DNA of 33,699 nt from Hydrurus foetidus (Eukaryota), in assembly GCA_900617105.1 (NCBI GenBank), contig UYFQ01000834.1:1-33699 (forward strand). Direction: 5' to 3'. This document shows, piece after piece, positions 1 through 12,469 of the stretch. The stretch's first letter is position 1. Each line of letters begins with the position of its first letter. The notes under the pieces were generated by a model that was not told the origin of the DNA, did no database searches, and saw only the letters and a program-made list of their open reading frames with translations. A program made the translations under genes and the position numbers.

Positions 1-11
1 AGAGAGCGGTC

Positions 12-3000
12 GTGACAAAGATGAGGAGAAAGCAAATGGAGGACCGTAGATCAGCTTATCGACTGATTCGATCGATGTGTTCACCATCACTCAATGCAAT
101 TCTGGTAGTGGAGGCAAACTTCATCGCTGTCAAATTTGACGACCCACTTGGACTACTTGATGTAATCAAGTCAGTAGTCACATCAAGATGTGATGGGAAT
201 CAGGAATTAGAGCGGTCCCAGGCCCTACGGGATTGGTATACACTCACCATGAGTACGGGCGAAGACATCGTAACGTACGGACGTCGTGCGGTGAAGCTTT
301 TTGATCGACTCGCTGCAACAGGAGTTCCAGCAGCACAAATTCCAGATGCAAAACAACAATCTATGAGGTTCATTGATGGTCTGAGTAGTACCGTGCAGGT
401 CTACCACGACTACAAAAACTACCTCAGTAATTCCCTGGAGTGCACCGCAATTGACATCTATCCGAAGACTCTGGTGGAGGCAATTAATGGAGCAACTAGA
501 TTCCATCGTGGGACAAAGGGTAGCGCATTGCAATCAGCGATAGTGACCCCCATACGGCACTTGCAGCGAAGAACCCCGTCAAACCGGGTGGGTCCCCAAA
601 GGGAGAGAAATCACCCGTCAAAGAAAAAGCCAAGAAAATTAACCCAGCGAAAATCAAGGAACCTAAAGTCACGTTTGCTAAAGATGTGAAGGAGGGTAAA
701 TTCAGTGGAACGTGTTACCACTGTGGAAAGGCTGGGCATCGTGCTAGTGAGTGCAGAAAGAAGGCCGCTGGAGAGCCCCCTTCAGCCCCACAAATATCAT
801 ATTTGGCCAGGAGACAAACTGACGGAGTTGACTCCAGTGCTTCAGATGATGTCTACACTGATTTTGGCCAAATGTGGGATCAAGAGGATGACAAGAATCA
901 ATATGGCGAAAGGAACTGTAGTGTGTGCTACACCACCTCACCGGTGAAACTCGCAACCCTCGGTCCTCGGACCGATTTTTCCGCCAACCGTAACATCAAT
1001 CAACGAAGTACATCGGAGGCCATCTTCGACACAGGAGCTACAGGCACCATCATCACATGTGCAGATGTGCTGAGTAACATTGTGACATGCACTCCAACTG
1101 TATTCAATGGCTTGCATGGTTCTCTCACTGTAACTAAAACAGCAAACCTTCGCGACATTGGCATCGTTCACTTCGACCCACGTGCTGGACTCTCCATCAT
1201 CTCGGCATCGGATTGTCTGCTGCAAGGACACAACTGGGAGTTTCGCCAGGGTTCTACAATAGATCAAGATGCATTTTTGCTTCATACTGATCAGAATACC
1301 TACAAATTTCAACATCGTGGAGGGCTATATGTCAACGATTTGGCAACGCCTCCAGAGCCGAGATATTCTGACGCCGCAGAGCGCAGAACTGCATATGCTC
1401 ACTCCGTGGTGATAGAAACATCATCTATGAACATATTATACTCTACAAAACTTGCCACAACGGAAGCCAACGAAGCCAAATTCTCGAAACGCGAAGTTCA
1501 GAGAAGCATTGATGCACGCCGTTTGCAAGCGAGTTTGGGATTCCCACCAGATCAGAAATTCATTTCCGCGTTGAGAGCTGGGACATTTCTAAACTGCGAC
1601 ATCTTACCTGAAGATGTCACGCGTGCCACAGAAATTTGGGGAGCAAACGCTGCTGCACTCAAAGGACGCACTACCAGGCTGAGGCCTATGACGCCACCTC
1701 AACTACCTACGACGGCCCGTCACTTCGACGACCAACACATGCATTGCGATATCATGTTTGTAAATCGACAGCCCTACTTAGTATCGATTACTCACCCATT
1801 GGGAATCGTTTTGGTAGCATGCACTGAAAACCTCACGACACCGGTACTCAGGCAGAGTATCAGGCGCATGTTCGGTACCATCGGGTCCCGACGCATTTCC
1901 ATCGTGAAATTTACAAGTGATAATGAACGTGGCATTGCGGCACTAGTCAATGACATGAATGCCATGGGAGTAGAGGTGATTGCCGTTGGTCCAGGGCAAC
2001 ACGATCATGTTATTGAAAGAATGATCAGGCACTTAAAGGAGACCATCCGGTGTACCATCTTCAGTCTACCATACTTGCTACCGGATATACTCATGCCTCA
2101 CCTTGTGATGAGCTCGGCGAAGAAGCTTTTGCTCTTTCCCTCATCAACAAGAACGGACAGGATTTCTCCTTTCGAAGCATTCTTCGGCAGAAAGGCTGAC
2201 AGATATCGGACCTCCATTCGGCTCATACTGCCAAGTCACCGGCAGGGTGCTTAGCAACAGCATGGATCCACGAACCATTGGATGCCTATACCTAGAGCCA
2301 AAGATGAATGGAACAGGTACTCATACCTTCATGCGCATTGACACAAGGAGTGTCATATCAGCCAACCACTACGTGGTGTTACCGATACCTCCGCTCGTCA
2401 TTACCACTGTAAACGGGTGGGCATCGAAGAATAAAATACACACATCAAAAGAACCAACATTCACATTCCATGATAGAGACATCACTGGAGATGCAGTTGA
2501 TGATGTGGTCATAATGGATACACCTTCAGATGAGGAGCCTACTATCCAGTTCCGACACACACCTCCAATTTTACCGGTGTTCCCGGATGAGACCGACACG
2601 CTTGATACCGTGATGGAACCTCAAATTACTCAAGACCAAATTGCGATTCGGGGTGAAATGGAATCAGCGGTCGACACAAACCATACCATCCCAGCTTCTG
2701 ACGAAGTATCCGGACCAGAAACTACATTTGAAGCAGTACCGGAGGAGCAACCAGCGGCACCACCTACTACCACTGTGCGTACGTACGTACCCAGTGCACC
2801 TGTTGAAATGCGCCAGAAATCAACGAGAACCAGAAAACCACCAGACCGACTCAACTTAGTAGCCGACAAACTACCTATTCCAACGCAGAAAGAAGGAATT
2901 AGGGGTGAGTGGTCATTTATGACGGTTACTCGGGCACTGAAACTTTTTCCGGACAAGGCTACTGCAGCAATTGAGTCAGAGGTCAAATCACTACTTGCAA

Positions 3001-4565
3001 AGGGGACATTTTCGGGGGTGCACATGGAACAACTGTCGCCTACACAGAAGCAGAAGATACTGCGTTCAAACATGAATGTTGTGGAGAAATACCTTCCAAC
3101 GGTAAACTCTGATGGTGATCGCCAAATCGACAAGGTCAAGGCGCGGTTCTGTGTGGACGGGCGTGCTCAAGTTAGAGAGGACTATGCACCAGATGAAGTT
3201 GAATCACCAACAGCGAGCATAGCTGCCATCTTTACAGTTGCACAGATTGCTGCTGTAGAAAACCGTTTCGTCATGGTCGGGGACGTTGGGTCCGCATACC
3301 TCAACGCTGATATGCCGATGAAAAAACCGGATAAAATACTCCATATGTATATTGATAAGAATGTGGCCGACGCAATCATCAAACAAGACATCTCTTTCTT
3401 ACGTTACAGAAGACACAATGGAGGCCTAGTAGTGAGACTAGACAAAGCACTTTACGGGTGTATCGAGTCCGCCAAACTCTGGTATAACGAAATAGCCGGA
3501 ACTTTACGGTCCAATGGTTTCACGGCTAACCCGCGCGATATTTGTGTCTTTAATAAGGACGTCAAAGGCAACCAATTCACGATCCTAGTCTACGTAGATG
3601 ACTTAAAGATGACGTGTGTGGACAAGAAAGCGGTTCTTGACATGGAGCAAATTTTGCTGAGAACGTACGGTCAATTTCGTACCACTCAAGAGCGAGTTCT
3701 ACCGTACCTAGGATGCATGTGGGATTACAATGAGCCAGGATTTGTGAACGTCACGCAGATTGGAATGATTCAAGATCTGATCTCATCAAGGGAAAAGAGC
3801 CATGCTGAACGAGGTATGAAGCTCATCGGGAACCCATCATCACCGGGTGCCCCACACCTATTTGAGCGGACCTTGGACTGCGAATTCCTAAGTGAGAAAG
3901 ATGCTAAAACCTTCCATACCGACGTTGCTACAGCACTCTACCTGGGGAACCGAACTCGCCCAGACATTGTATTAGTGTTGGGTGAACTTTGCAAACGTGT
4001 AAAGGCACCAACAATTGAAGACGACAAGAAACTCGATAGGCTCATATGCTATCTGAGGACTACCCGAGACAAGCCATTACGACTGGGGTGTACTTTGCCC
4101 CCGACAGTAACAGTATCCATTGATGCTGCATTTGCCAACCGTGATTTGATGAAATCAACCTCAGGAATGTGTGTCACATTAGGGGTGGGGAATTTCATTT
4201 CGAGTTCCAAGGTCCAGAAGCTAAATTCCAAGTCAAGTACAGAGTCTGAGATCATTGCAGTATCTGACGGCATGAACATTCCGCTCTGGCTTGCAGGATT
4301 TATTGCTTACCAAGGACACGGCAAGATTCCAGTGAGGCTGGAACAAGACAATCAATCATGCATCACGCTGCTTACAAAAGGTCGGTCTACCGCAGAAACC
4401 ACCCGGTTCATTGAGGTGCGAAAATTCTGGATATCAGACTACATCCGCATCGGTGCTGTAAACATTGTCTACGTTCCAACCGAGGATATGACGTCTGATT
4501 ACTTCACAAAACCATTGCAAGGAACAGTTTTTTCCAAGATGGTGAAGAAAATTTTAGGAAATTAA
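12..4565 (+). CDS. Copia A gag-pol polyprotein, apparently one ORF broken by two frameshifts (about 550 and about 2200); starts upstream of the window
   Basis: Zn knuckle CYHCGKAGHRASEC; protease IFDTGATG; integrase HCDIMF/TSDNERG/IERM; RT KALYG and YVDD; RNase H SIDAAF/TESE/EQDN/TSDYFTKPL. Frame joins at a C5 run at 547-551 (VTP/HTALAAK) and near 2200 (GRKAD/DIGPPFGSYCQV). Confidence 0.9.
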
Positions 4566-4720
4566 GTACTTCACATTATTGACTTACAGTTGAGCTATTT
4601 TTTCAAATTTTTATTAGCAACAAAACTTGTCTGATCACTATAGCTTACGATAGATACAAACATGATTTGTGTTACATTTTCACGAGGAAATACAAATGTA
4701 CCGCCTGAATGCTTATGACA

Positions 4721-4729
4721 TTAGGGGTG
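4721..4729 (+). promoter_or_regulatory. Polypurine tract of copia A
   Basis: TTAGGGGTG immediately precedes the TGTTGG LTR start. Confidence 0.7.
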
Positions 4730-5149
4730 TGTTGGATATAGCATAGCTATCCCTACGGGGACGATCCCCTTGGGGGAAATCCCTTTGGGGTAATATCATC
4801 TAAGCCCAAGCGGAGGAGCGAGGGTAGCGTTTTCAGACTCAAGACCATCACTCGAACTGTACTGGAAGTTGCAACTGATGATGACTGTGAACAGTCAACT
4901 ATAGCTAGTATAGCTAGCCACGAACTGCTTTGTTTTGACATGATGAGCACTTCTAATTAAAAGAGACTATATGGCTGTGAGCCATTATACCTACACTTGA
5001 GTGAGCTGTTGGAACGACTTGGTCGACTAGCTGAAAGCAAAGTGTGTTCTGAACGAACCACTGCTATCAACCAGGTGCTCTGACTGGATCCAGGATCCAA
5101 AAGGCAGACTTATTCCAAGAAAGTGCGTGCACGTCTTGTTGCATCAACA
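4730..5149 (+). repeat. 3' LTR of copia A (about 420 bp)
   Basis: Begins TGTTGGATATAGC right after the PPT and ends GCATCAACA (terminal inverted TGTTG/CAACA). The partner LTR is outside the window, so the right boundary is inferred. Confidence 0.75.
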
Positions 5150-6335
5150 CAATCACCTCAATTCAATTCACTTCGCTTCGCCTCTCGTCCCATTCCTCTA
5201 CTACCATAGCGAAGGTGACTCCGACAAGTTAACTTGATTTGATTTAATTTGATTGTTAGCAGCACTCGCCTGACTTGCTGCTGTTCCGCTGGAGCCCGAT
5301 CCGATGCAACATGACATAGCAACAACCGGCACCAAGCAGTGTTCACTCAGTTTTACTTTCAATCAGCGAAGACAGCCTCAACAATGAAGCGTCAATGTAA
5401 TTACTAGTCCTGCCATTTGCATGGAATGCAGAGTGCACTTGTCGAACCCCGCCCCGAGGCCATATTGGTGGCACATGTGCCAACACCCATGCAGAAATTT
5501 TGACGAATTTGCCGCCACTTATGGGCAGTCCAGTCGAACAAAATATCCTCAGTAAAGACGACACGACATGAAAATGCCGCATCGAGTCGCTTCTCGGACA
5601 GTATCTAATTATTACATATTTTTACTGCTATAGCTTGAATTGAAGACTTTCGCCCTGTCATTTTCACCGCGACTCGTCACACTTCCCCTACGATGATAGC
5701 TCCTTTTCCTTAGTCAACAAATTAGTTTGGATAAATCTTCCCTATCTGATTTGATTCGACTGCTATCCGATGCGATAATGTTGGTAACAGGAGTCGCTTA
5801 GAGCGCTCGCTGGTTGACACAGAGTGAACCTACACGGTCGGGGTCTAATCTCCATGCTCCTCAATGTACACGGCAATTCCACTCTCTGTTTAAGTCCGCA
5901 ATAAACATTTATTGACGTGATACAGAAATCTTGAAATGCATGCGAACCAGCACTCGTGATTCTCAGCGCTCACCAACTTGTTGTCCCTCCGTTTTTTGTA
6001 TTTCCAGATAGAACTGGTTCTGGTCTGCAAGGCGTAATGTTACAGTGAAGAGAACGCCCAGTGGAGAGATGCTACGCAGCTTGTCACATGCAGGGAGTGG
6101 ATTGGCTCGTAGTGATAATCTTGCTTGAATATTTACAGTGGTAAAGAACGGGGTGTTTAGCGTGTAATGAAAGGAAGACATATCAAAAAGTGGGGTGTCG
6201 TCAATTTTAGATGGTTGCTTGTAGTAGTGCTGCTTTCGTGGCACAGTGATGTTCGGTGCACAGTATGTGGTGCCTTCGAAACAGATTGGGCTGTGGAGAA
6301 ACAGCTATGCAAATAATGTCGACTTAGAAATAAAT

Positions 6336-8297
6336 TGGTTTGACGCCTTGTTCAGAGAATTGGTTTGAATTCGATTTTGCTCCCGAGTTACCAACTTCAA
6401 TTAGATGTTTCGGTCTATCTATACTTAATGCCCATATTTGTCGCATGGGTTCCAATCAAGAGAGAAAAAGCGACTGCGGTCCATGCATCGATGTCCTCTA
6501 CTTGAATGCGGTCAGTCGCGCCATCAGGTGAGTGAGTGAGTGAATAAATGAAAGGGTTTGTTCCAACGTATGAATGAAATGGTTTGACGCCTTGTTCAGA
6601 GAATTGGTTTGAATTCGATTTTGCTCCCGAGTTACCAACTTCAATTAGATGTTTCGGTCTATCTATACTTAATGCCCATATTTGTCGCATGGGTTCCAAT
6701 CAAGAGAGAAAAAGCGACTGCGGTCCATGCATCGATGTCCTCTACTTGAATGCGGTCAGTCGCGCCATCAGGTGAGTGAGTGAGTGAATAAATGAAAGGG
6801 TTTGTTCCAACGTATGAATGAAATGGTTTGACGCCTTGTTCAGAGAATTGGTTTGAATTCGATTTTGCTCCCGAGTTACCAACTTCAATTAGATGTTTCG
6901 GTCTATCTATACTTAATGCCCATATTTGTCGCATGGGTTCCAATCAAGAGAGAAAAAGCGACTGCGGTCCATGCATCGATGTCTTCTACTTGAATGCGGT
7001 CAGTCGCGCCATCAGGTGAGTGAGTGAGTGAGTGAATAAATGAAAGGGTTTGTTCCAACGTATGAATGAAATGGTTTGACGCCTTGTTCAGAGAATTGGT
7101 TTGAATTCGATTTTGCTCCCGAGTTACCAACTTCAATTAGATGTTTCGGTCTATCTATACTTAATGCCCATATTTGTCGCATGGGTTCCAATCAAGAGAG
7201 AAAAAGCGACTGCGGTCCATGCATCGATGTCCTCTACTTGAATGCGGTCAGTCGCGCCATCAGGTGAGTGAGTGAGTGAGTGAATAAATGAAAGGGTTTG
7301 TTCCAACGTATGAATGAAATGGTTTGACGCCTTGTTCAGAGAATTGGTTTGAATTCGATTTTGCTCCCGAGTTACCAACTTCAATTAGATGTTTCGGTCT
7401 ATCTATACTTAATGCCCATATTTGTCGCATGGGTTCCAATCAAGAGAGAAAAAGCGACTGCGGTCCATGCATCGATGTCCTCTACTTGAATGCGGTCAGT
7501 CGCGCCATCAGGTGAGTGAGTGAGTGAGTGAATAAATGAAAGGGTTTGTTCCAACGTATGAATGAAATGGTTTGACGCCTTGTTCAGAGAATTGGTTTGA
7601 ATTCGATTTTGCTCCCGAGTTACCAACTTCAATTAGATGTTTCGGTCTATCTATACTTAATGCCCATATTTGTCGCATGGGTTCCAATCAAGAGAGAAAA
7701 AGCGACTGCGGTCCATGCATCGATGTCCTCTACTTGAATGCGGTCAGTCGCGCCATCAGGAGTGAGTGAGTGAGTGAATAAATGAAAGGGTTTGTTCCAA
7801 CGTATGAATGAAATGGTTTGACGCCTTGTTCAGAGAATTGGTTTGAATTCGATTTTGCTCCCGAGTTACCAACTTCAATTAGATGTTTCGGTCTATCTAT
7901 ACTTAATGCCCATATTTGTCGCATGGGTTCCAATCAAGAGAGAAAAAGCGACTGCGGTCCATGCATCGATGTCCTCTACTTGAATGCGGTCAGTCGCGCC
8001 ATCAGGTGAGTGAGTGAGTGAGTGAATAAATGAAAGGGTTTGTTCCAACGTATGAATGAAATGGTTTGACGCCTTGTTCAGAGAATTGGTTTGAATTCGA
8101 TTTTGCTCCCGAGTTACCAACTTCAATTAGATGTTTCGGTCTATCTATACTTAATGCCCATATTTGTCGCATGGGTTCCAATCAAGAGAGAAAAAGCGAC
8201 TGCGGTCCATGCATCGATGTCCTCTACTTGAATGCGGTCAGTCGCGCCATCAGGTGAGTGAGTGAGTGAGTGAATAAATGAAAGGGTTTGTTCCAAC
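6336..8297. repeat. Tandem array, 8 near-identical units of 244-248 bp
   Basis: The same 63-codon frame recurs at 6340, 6584, 6828, 7076, 7324, 7572, 7818 and 8066. Length differences lie in an internal (GTGA)n tract, and unit 3 has one C>T change. Confidence 0.98.
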
Positions 8298-8390
8298 ATT
8301 TGGATGAATAGGGGGTTGCTCCAACATATGGATAAATAGGTCGTTGTGAGTTTCGAGGGCATAAACGACACGGCACGTTGCGATCAAATT

Positions 8391-11300
8391 TCACTTCGTA
8401 ATGAATTCAGATTGCGGGACTGTTGGATTGCTTGTTGGTGTGGCTGTTGGATTGTTTGTTGGTGTGGCTGTTGGATTGTTTGTTGGTGTGGCTGTTGGAT
8501 TGCTTGTTGGTGTGGCTGTTGGATTGTTTGTTGGTGTGGATGTTGGATTGCTTGTTGGTGTGGCTGTTGGCCTGTTTGTTGGTGTGGCTGTTGGATTGCT
8601 TGTTGGTGTGGCTGTTGGATTGTTTGTTGGTGTGGATGTTGGATTGCTTGTTGGTGTGGCTGTTGGATTGCTTGTTGGTGTGGCTGTTGGATTGCTTGTT
8701 GGTGTGGCTGTTGGATTGCTTGTTGGTGTGGCTGTTGGCTTCCTTGTTGGCCTCTTTGTTGGTGTGGCTGTTGGATTGTTTGTTGGTGTGGCTGTTGGAT
8801 TGTTTGTTGGTGTGGCTGTTGGATTGCTTGTTGGTGTGGCTGTTGGATTGTTTGTTGGTGTGGCTGTTGGATTGTTTGTTGGTGTGGATGTTGGCCTGTT
8901 TGTTGGTGTGGCTGTTGGCCTGTTTGTTGGTGTGGCTGTTGGATTGTTTGTTGGTGTGGCTGTTGGATTGTTTGTTGGTGTGGCTGTTGGATTGTTTGTT
9001 GGTGTGGCTGTTGGACTGTTTGTTGGTGTGGCTGTTGGATTGTTTGTTGGTGTGGCTGTTGGATTGCTTGTTGGTGTGGCTGTTGGATTGTTTGTTGGTG
9101 TGGCTGTTGGATTGCTTGTTGGTGTGGCTGTTGGATTGTTTGTTGGTGTGGCTGTTGGATTGCTTGTTGGTGTGGCTGTTGGATTGTTTGTTGGTGTGGC
9201 TGTTGGATTGTTTGTTGGTGTGGCTGTTGGATTGCTTGTTGGTGTGGCTGTTGGATTGTTTGTTGGTGTGGCTGTTGGATTGTTTGTTGGTGTGGCTGTT
9301 GGATGCTTGTTGGTGTGGCTGTTGGATTGTTTGTTGGTGTGGCTGTTGGATTGCTTGTTGGTGTGGCTGTTGGATTGTTTGTTGGTGTGGCTGTTGGATT
9401 GTTTGTTGGTGTGGCTGTTGGATTGTTTGTTGGTGTGGCTGTTGGATTGTTTGTTGGTGTGGCTGTTGGACTGCTTGTTGGTGTGGCTGTTGGATTGCTT
9501 GTTGGTGTGGCTGTTGGTTGGTGTTGGCTGTTGGTTTCTGTTGGTGTGGCTGTTTGCTTCTTTGTTGGTGTGGCTGTTGGATTGCTTGTTGGTGTGGCTG
9601 TTGGATTGTTTGTTGGTGTGGCTGTTGGATTGTTTGTTGGTGTGGCTGTTGGATTGTTTGTTGGTGTGGCTGTTGGATTGTTTGTTGGTGTGGCTGTTGG
9701 ATTGTTTGTTGGTGTGGCTGTTGGATTGCTTGTTGGTGTGGCTGTTGGATTGCTTGTTGGTGTGGATGTTGGATTGCTTGTTGGTGTGGCTGTTGGATTG
9801 CTTGTTGGTGTGGCTGTTGGATTGCTTGTTGGTGTGGCTGTTGGATTGCTTGTTGGTGTGGCTGTTGGATTGTTTGTTGGTGTGGCTGTTGGATTGTTTG
9901 TTGGTGTGGCTGTTGGATTGTTTGTTGGTGTGGCTGTTGGCTTCCTTGTTGGCCTGTTTGTTGTGGGCTGTTGGATTGTTTGTTGGTGTGGCTGTTGGAT
10001 TGCTTGTTGGTGTGGCTGTTGGATTGTTTGTTGGTGTGGCTGTTGGATTGTTTGTTGGTGTGGCTGTTGGATTGTTTGTTGGTGTGGCTGTTGGATTGTT
10101 TGTTGGTGTGGCTGTTGGATTGTTTGTTGGTGTGGCTGTTGGATTGTTTGTTGGTGTGGCTTGTTGGATTGTTTGTTGGTGTGGCTGTTGGATTGCTTGT
10201 TGGTGTGGCTGTTGGCTTCTTTGTTGGTGTGGCTGTTGGATTCCGTATAGGCTGTGCTGTAGGTGTGAAAGTAGGCTTCAATGTCGGAGGGAGAGTCGGT
10301 TTTCTCGAGGGGCTCGAGGTCGGACTGTTGGTTGGTCTCGCACTTGGAGTGGTAGTGGGACTTTTTGTGGGCAAGTAGCGCGGTACAGTAGACGGCGTTG
10401 AAGTGGCAACCGTCACAAAGGTAGCGAGTGTGGCCACACCGCACATATCGACGCCCTGAGGGGGATCGGAGTTTGGTGTTAGTAAGTTTCAGATGTCCGT
10501 TAAGAATAGACGCAACGAGCCTGTCAGTGTTCTGATGATGATATGTACGTACCAGTGCGAGTTTCATGTAGCCCCTCTCGCCCCACCGAACGCCCCAAGT
10601 GTTGCGGATGATCCAGTACCCGCCTGTTACATTGACACCAACGATGTTGACGCCATGGTTGATTTCGTATTCTAGTCCACAGCCGGAGTAAATGCCGCTC
10701 TTGTAGAGAGACCAGCCACTTGCATCGACGACAATGGCAAGCGTCCCTCCAGCCAACACGTAGTTGATCATATTCTGCTCCCTGATGGCATATTCTGCCC
10801 CCGATATCCTATAATGATTCACCACCGTGACGGTGTAATCATTTCTACTGGAGTCGCATGTGAGTGCCGATATGTTGTACGGGTAGAAGTCTTCGAAGGT
10901 GATCCCACCTGTGGCCCTGACATACTTGTACGCGGTTTCTTGTGCGCCTCCTTGACAGCCAGTGTTCGTGCCCCCATACGTGCTGTAGATGACAGATTTA
11001 AATGGAGAGAGTTAAACCTTGTCGTGATTCAGTGACAGATAGGCAAAGAAACTCACCATTTTGTGATTTGCTGCGTGGATAAGATTGTATCTGGATTAGT
11101 TAGGCCTGCCCTGATGGCGTCTGACTCGATTTGGGCGGTTGCAGAGAAGGCCCTGGATGTTGTTCGTGAAGTTGGCGATTGAGAATCATTGGGTGAATGA
11201 TGGAAGAGAGACCAGGCGCGAGGGCACATGGCCATACGCGTTGCTGCGTTTCTCTTGTACTCACCAGCAAGAGCCGCAGTTTCCTTGATCTTTGATGGGG

Positions 11301-11888
11301 GTTGAGAGTATACCGGCCCAGTTCACAGATGTTTCTGTACTCTTGAAGTCCTGCACATCAGCTTCTTCGGTGAGTCTCCTCTCGGACTCATCCAGCAGAA
11401 CTGTGCCAAGATGGCCTCTTCGGAATTCCTCGTGAGAGAGATCTGCGAAGGGTGTAATGCCGAAGACTGCCGTGCCTTCGTCTGCTTTTTCGGCAGCATT
11501 TAGGATGTCCACATCAGCCAGAGATTCCTTGAAATTCTGGAATCGTTCATTTCGCTCCTCAATTGTGGCATACTACGATCAAAAAAATTTCGATGGGGAC
11601 ATGAGGGGATGACTGCGTAGCTACACTACGGTGCTATGAGCCTCAGTGAAGCAGGCAATGTATTACTTGATGAGAATAGGTGAGCAGAAACTTTTCGAAG
11701 AGCCTCTCTTTACCACTTTCTGGAAGAGACACGTAGGGGAAGGTACCCTGCTCTGCCATCTCTATCTCCATGACCGTCATACCTCCATCGGCCTTTAGCG
11801 CCTTTGTTTGCTGATTTGATCTTAAGGCTAGAAGAAACAATAGTACTCGCCGAAACCGCGTAGCATTTGGAGTGGAGTTGGATTGCAT
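8391..11888 (-). CDS. Papain-family (C1A) cysteine protease with I29 inhibitor prodomain and a very long Pro/Thr-rich C-terminal tail; exons about 11888-11667, 11572-11265, 11152-11057, 10982-10553, 10455-8391
   Basis: GT-AG splicing joins [32 protein letters not shown] (ERFNIN-like), [28 protein letters not shown] (oxyanion Q, catalytic C), GCQGG, INHGV (H), [16 protein letters not shown] (N) and MCGVA. The tail ends [11 protein letters not shown] at 8391. The start codon is uncertain, and three small indels break the frame within the repeat. Confidence 0.9.
8421..10242 (-). repeat. Coding 24-bp minisatellite, about 75 units encoding PTATPT(N/S)N
   Basis: Plus-strand unit TGTTGGATTG(T/C)TTGTTGGTGTGGC. 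It is in frame with the last protease exon at its start, and the same repeat register reads into the stop codon at its end. Confidence 0.95.
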
Positions 11889-12035
11889 GTTTTTCGTTGT
11901 TGTTGATGTCCGCAGGGCGTTACCTAGTGGTTGGCAGTTGTGTGATAACTTTACGGAATGGTTGCAGGGGAAACAACCTTTTCGCTGATGAGGGATGCGA
12001 TTGCAGATCCTCTTTCCTGTTGGATATTGCATGTA

Positions 12036-12061
12036 GGCTCACATTCCGATCAGGGGTATCA
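12036..12061 (+). repeat. Left TIR of the DNA transposon
   Basis: GGCTCACATTCCGATCAGGGGTATCA. Confidence 0.9.
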
Positions 12062-12152
12062 CGATTCGGACGGGAGATCATTTCACAGATTCAAACAGGA
12101 AATCGTTTTTTTCCAAAATACGAATTCTCGGCGAAGCTTTCGATGGCCTCTC

Positions 12153-12437
12153 TGTCAGTAGTATAATACACATATACATACACTACTGTCGGTTACAACT
12201 GGCAATGACGACCCCGACTCCAACTACCACCACCGCTGACGACCATCTTCCTCAACCATTCATGTTGACTTAACTGCAACTACCATGACGATCATTTCAC
12301 TTCACACACAATTCACAATTCACAATTCACAATTCACATCGTCAATTCATTCATCAACTCTACACATTCCACACAATCTTTCAAGTAATACTTAAGCAAT
12401 TCTGTTTCTCATTCCGAGTTTCGGTCCAGTTCCGACA
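12153..12437 (+). repeat. 5' LTR of copia B1 (285 bp)
   Basis: TGTCAG...CCGACA. Differs from the 3' LTR by one 1-bp indel and one substitution that I could see. Contains (CACAATT)x4. Confidence 0.97.
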
Positions 12438-12450
12438 ATTGCTTAAGTAT
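12438..12450 (+). promoter_or_regulatory. Non-tRNA primer-binding site, complementary to the element's own LTR (candidate self-priming site)
   Basis: ATTGCTTAAGTAT is the exact reverse complement of ATACTTAAGCAAT at 12388-12400. There is no TGG start. Confidence 0.7.
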
Positions 12451-12469
12451 CATTCACTCCTTCCGAGTC

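Larger units (their letters stand above)
1..5149 (+). mobile_element. Ty1/copia LTR retrotransposon A, 5' end outside the window
   Basis: Domain order is gag, CCHC, PR, IN, RT, RNase H (copia order), followed by a short purine tract and a TGTTG...CAACA-bounded LTR. Confidence 0.95.

Noticed and set aside
540..560. Programmed frameshift in copia A gag
   Set aside because: It lies in a C homopolymer upstream of the Zn knuckle with no canonical slippery heptamer. A 1-bp loss through sequencing error or mutation is simpler, and the break near 2200 looks like a small deletion.
5150..6335. Possible host gene or exons between LTR A and the array
   Set aside because: Only short ORFs without recognisable motifs are present, and I could not build a consistent splice model.
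6336..8297. CRISPR-like array, or eight copies of a 63-aa gene
   Set aside because: There are no unique spacers, the context is eukaryotic, and the ORF starts at TTG and has no recognisable motif.
8346..10446. Long ORFs of poly-(CWIVCWCG), (VGVAVGLF), (LLVWLLDC) and (QQPHQQTI)
   Set aside because: These are alternative-frame and antisense shadows of the stop-free 24-bp repeat. Only the PTATPT frame is continuous with the protease exon.
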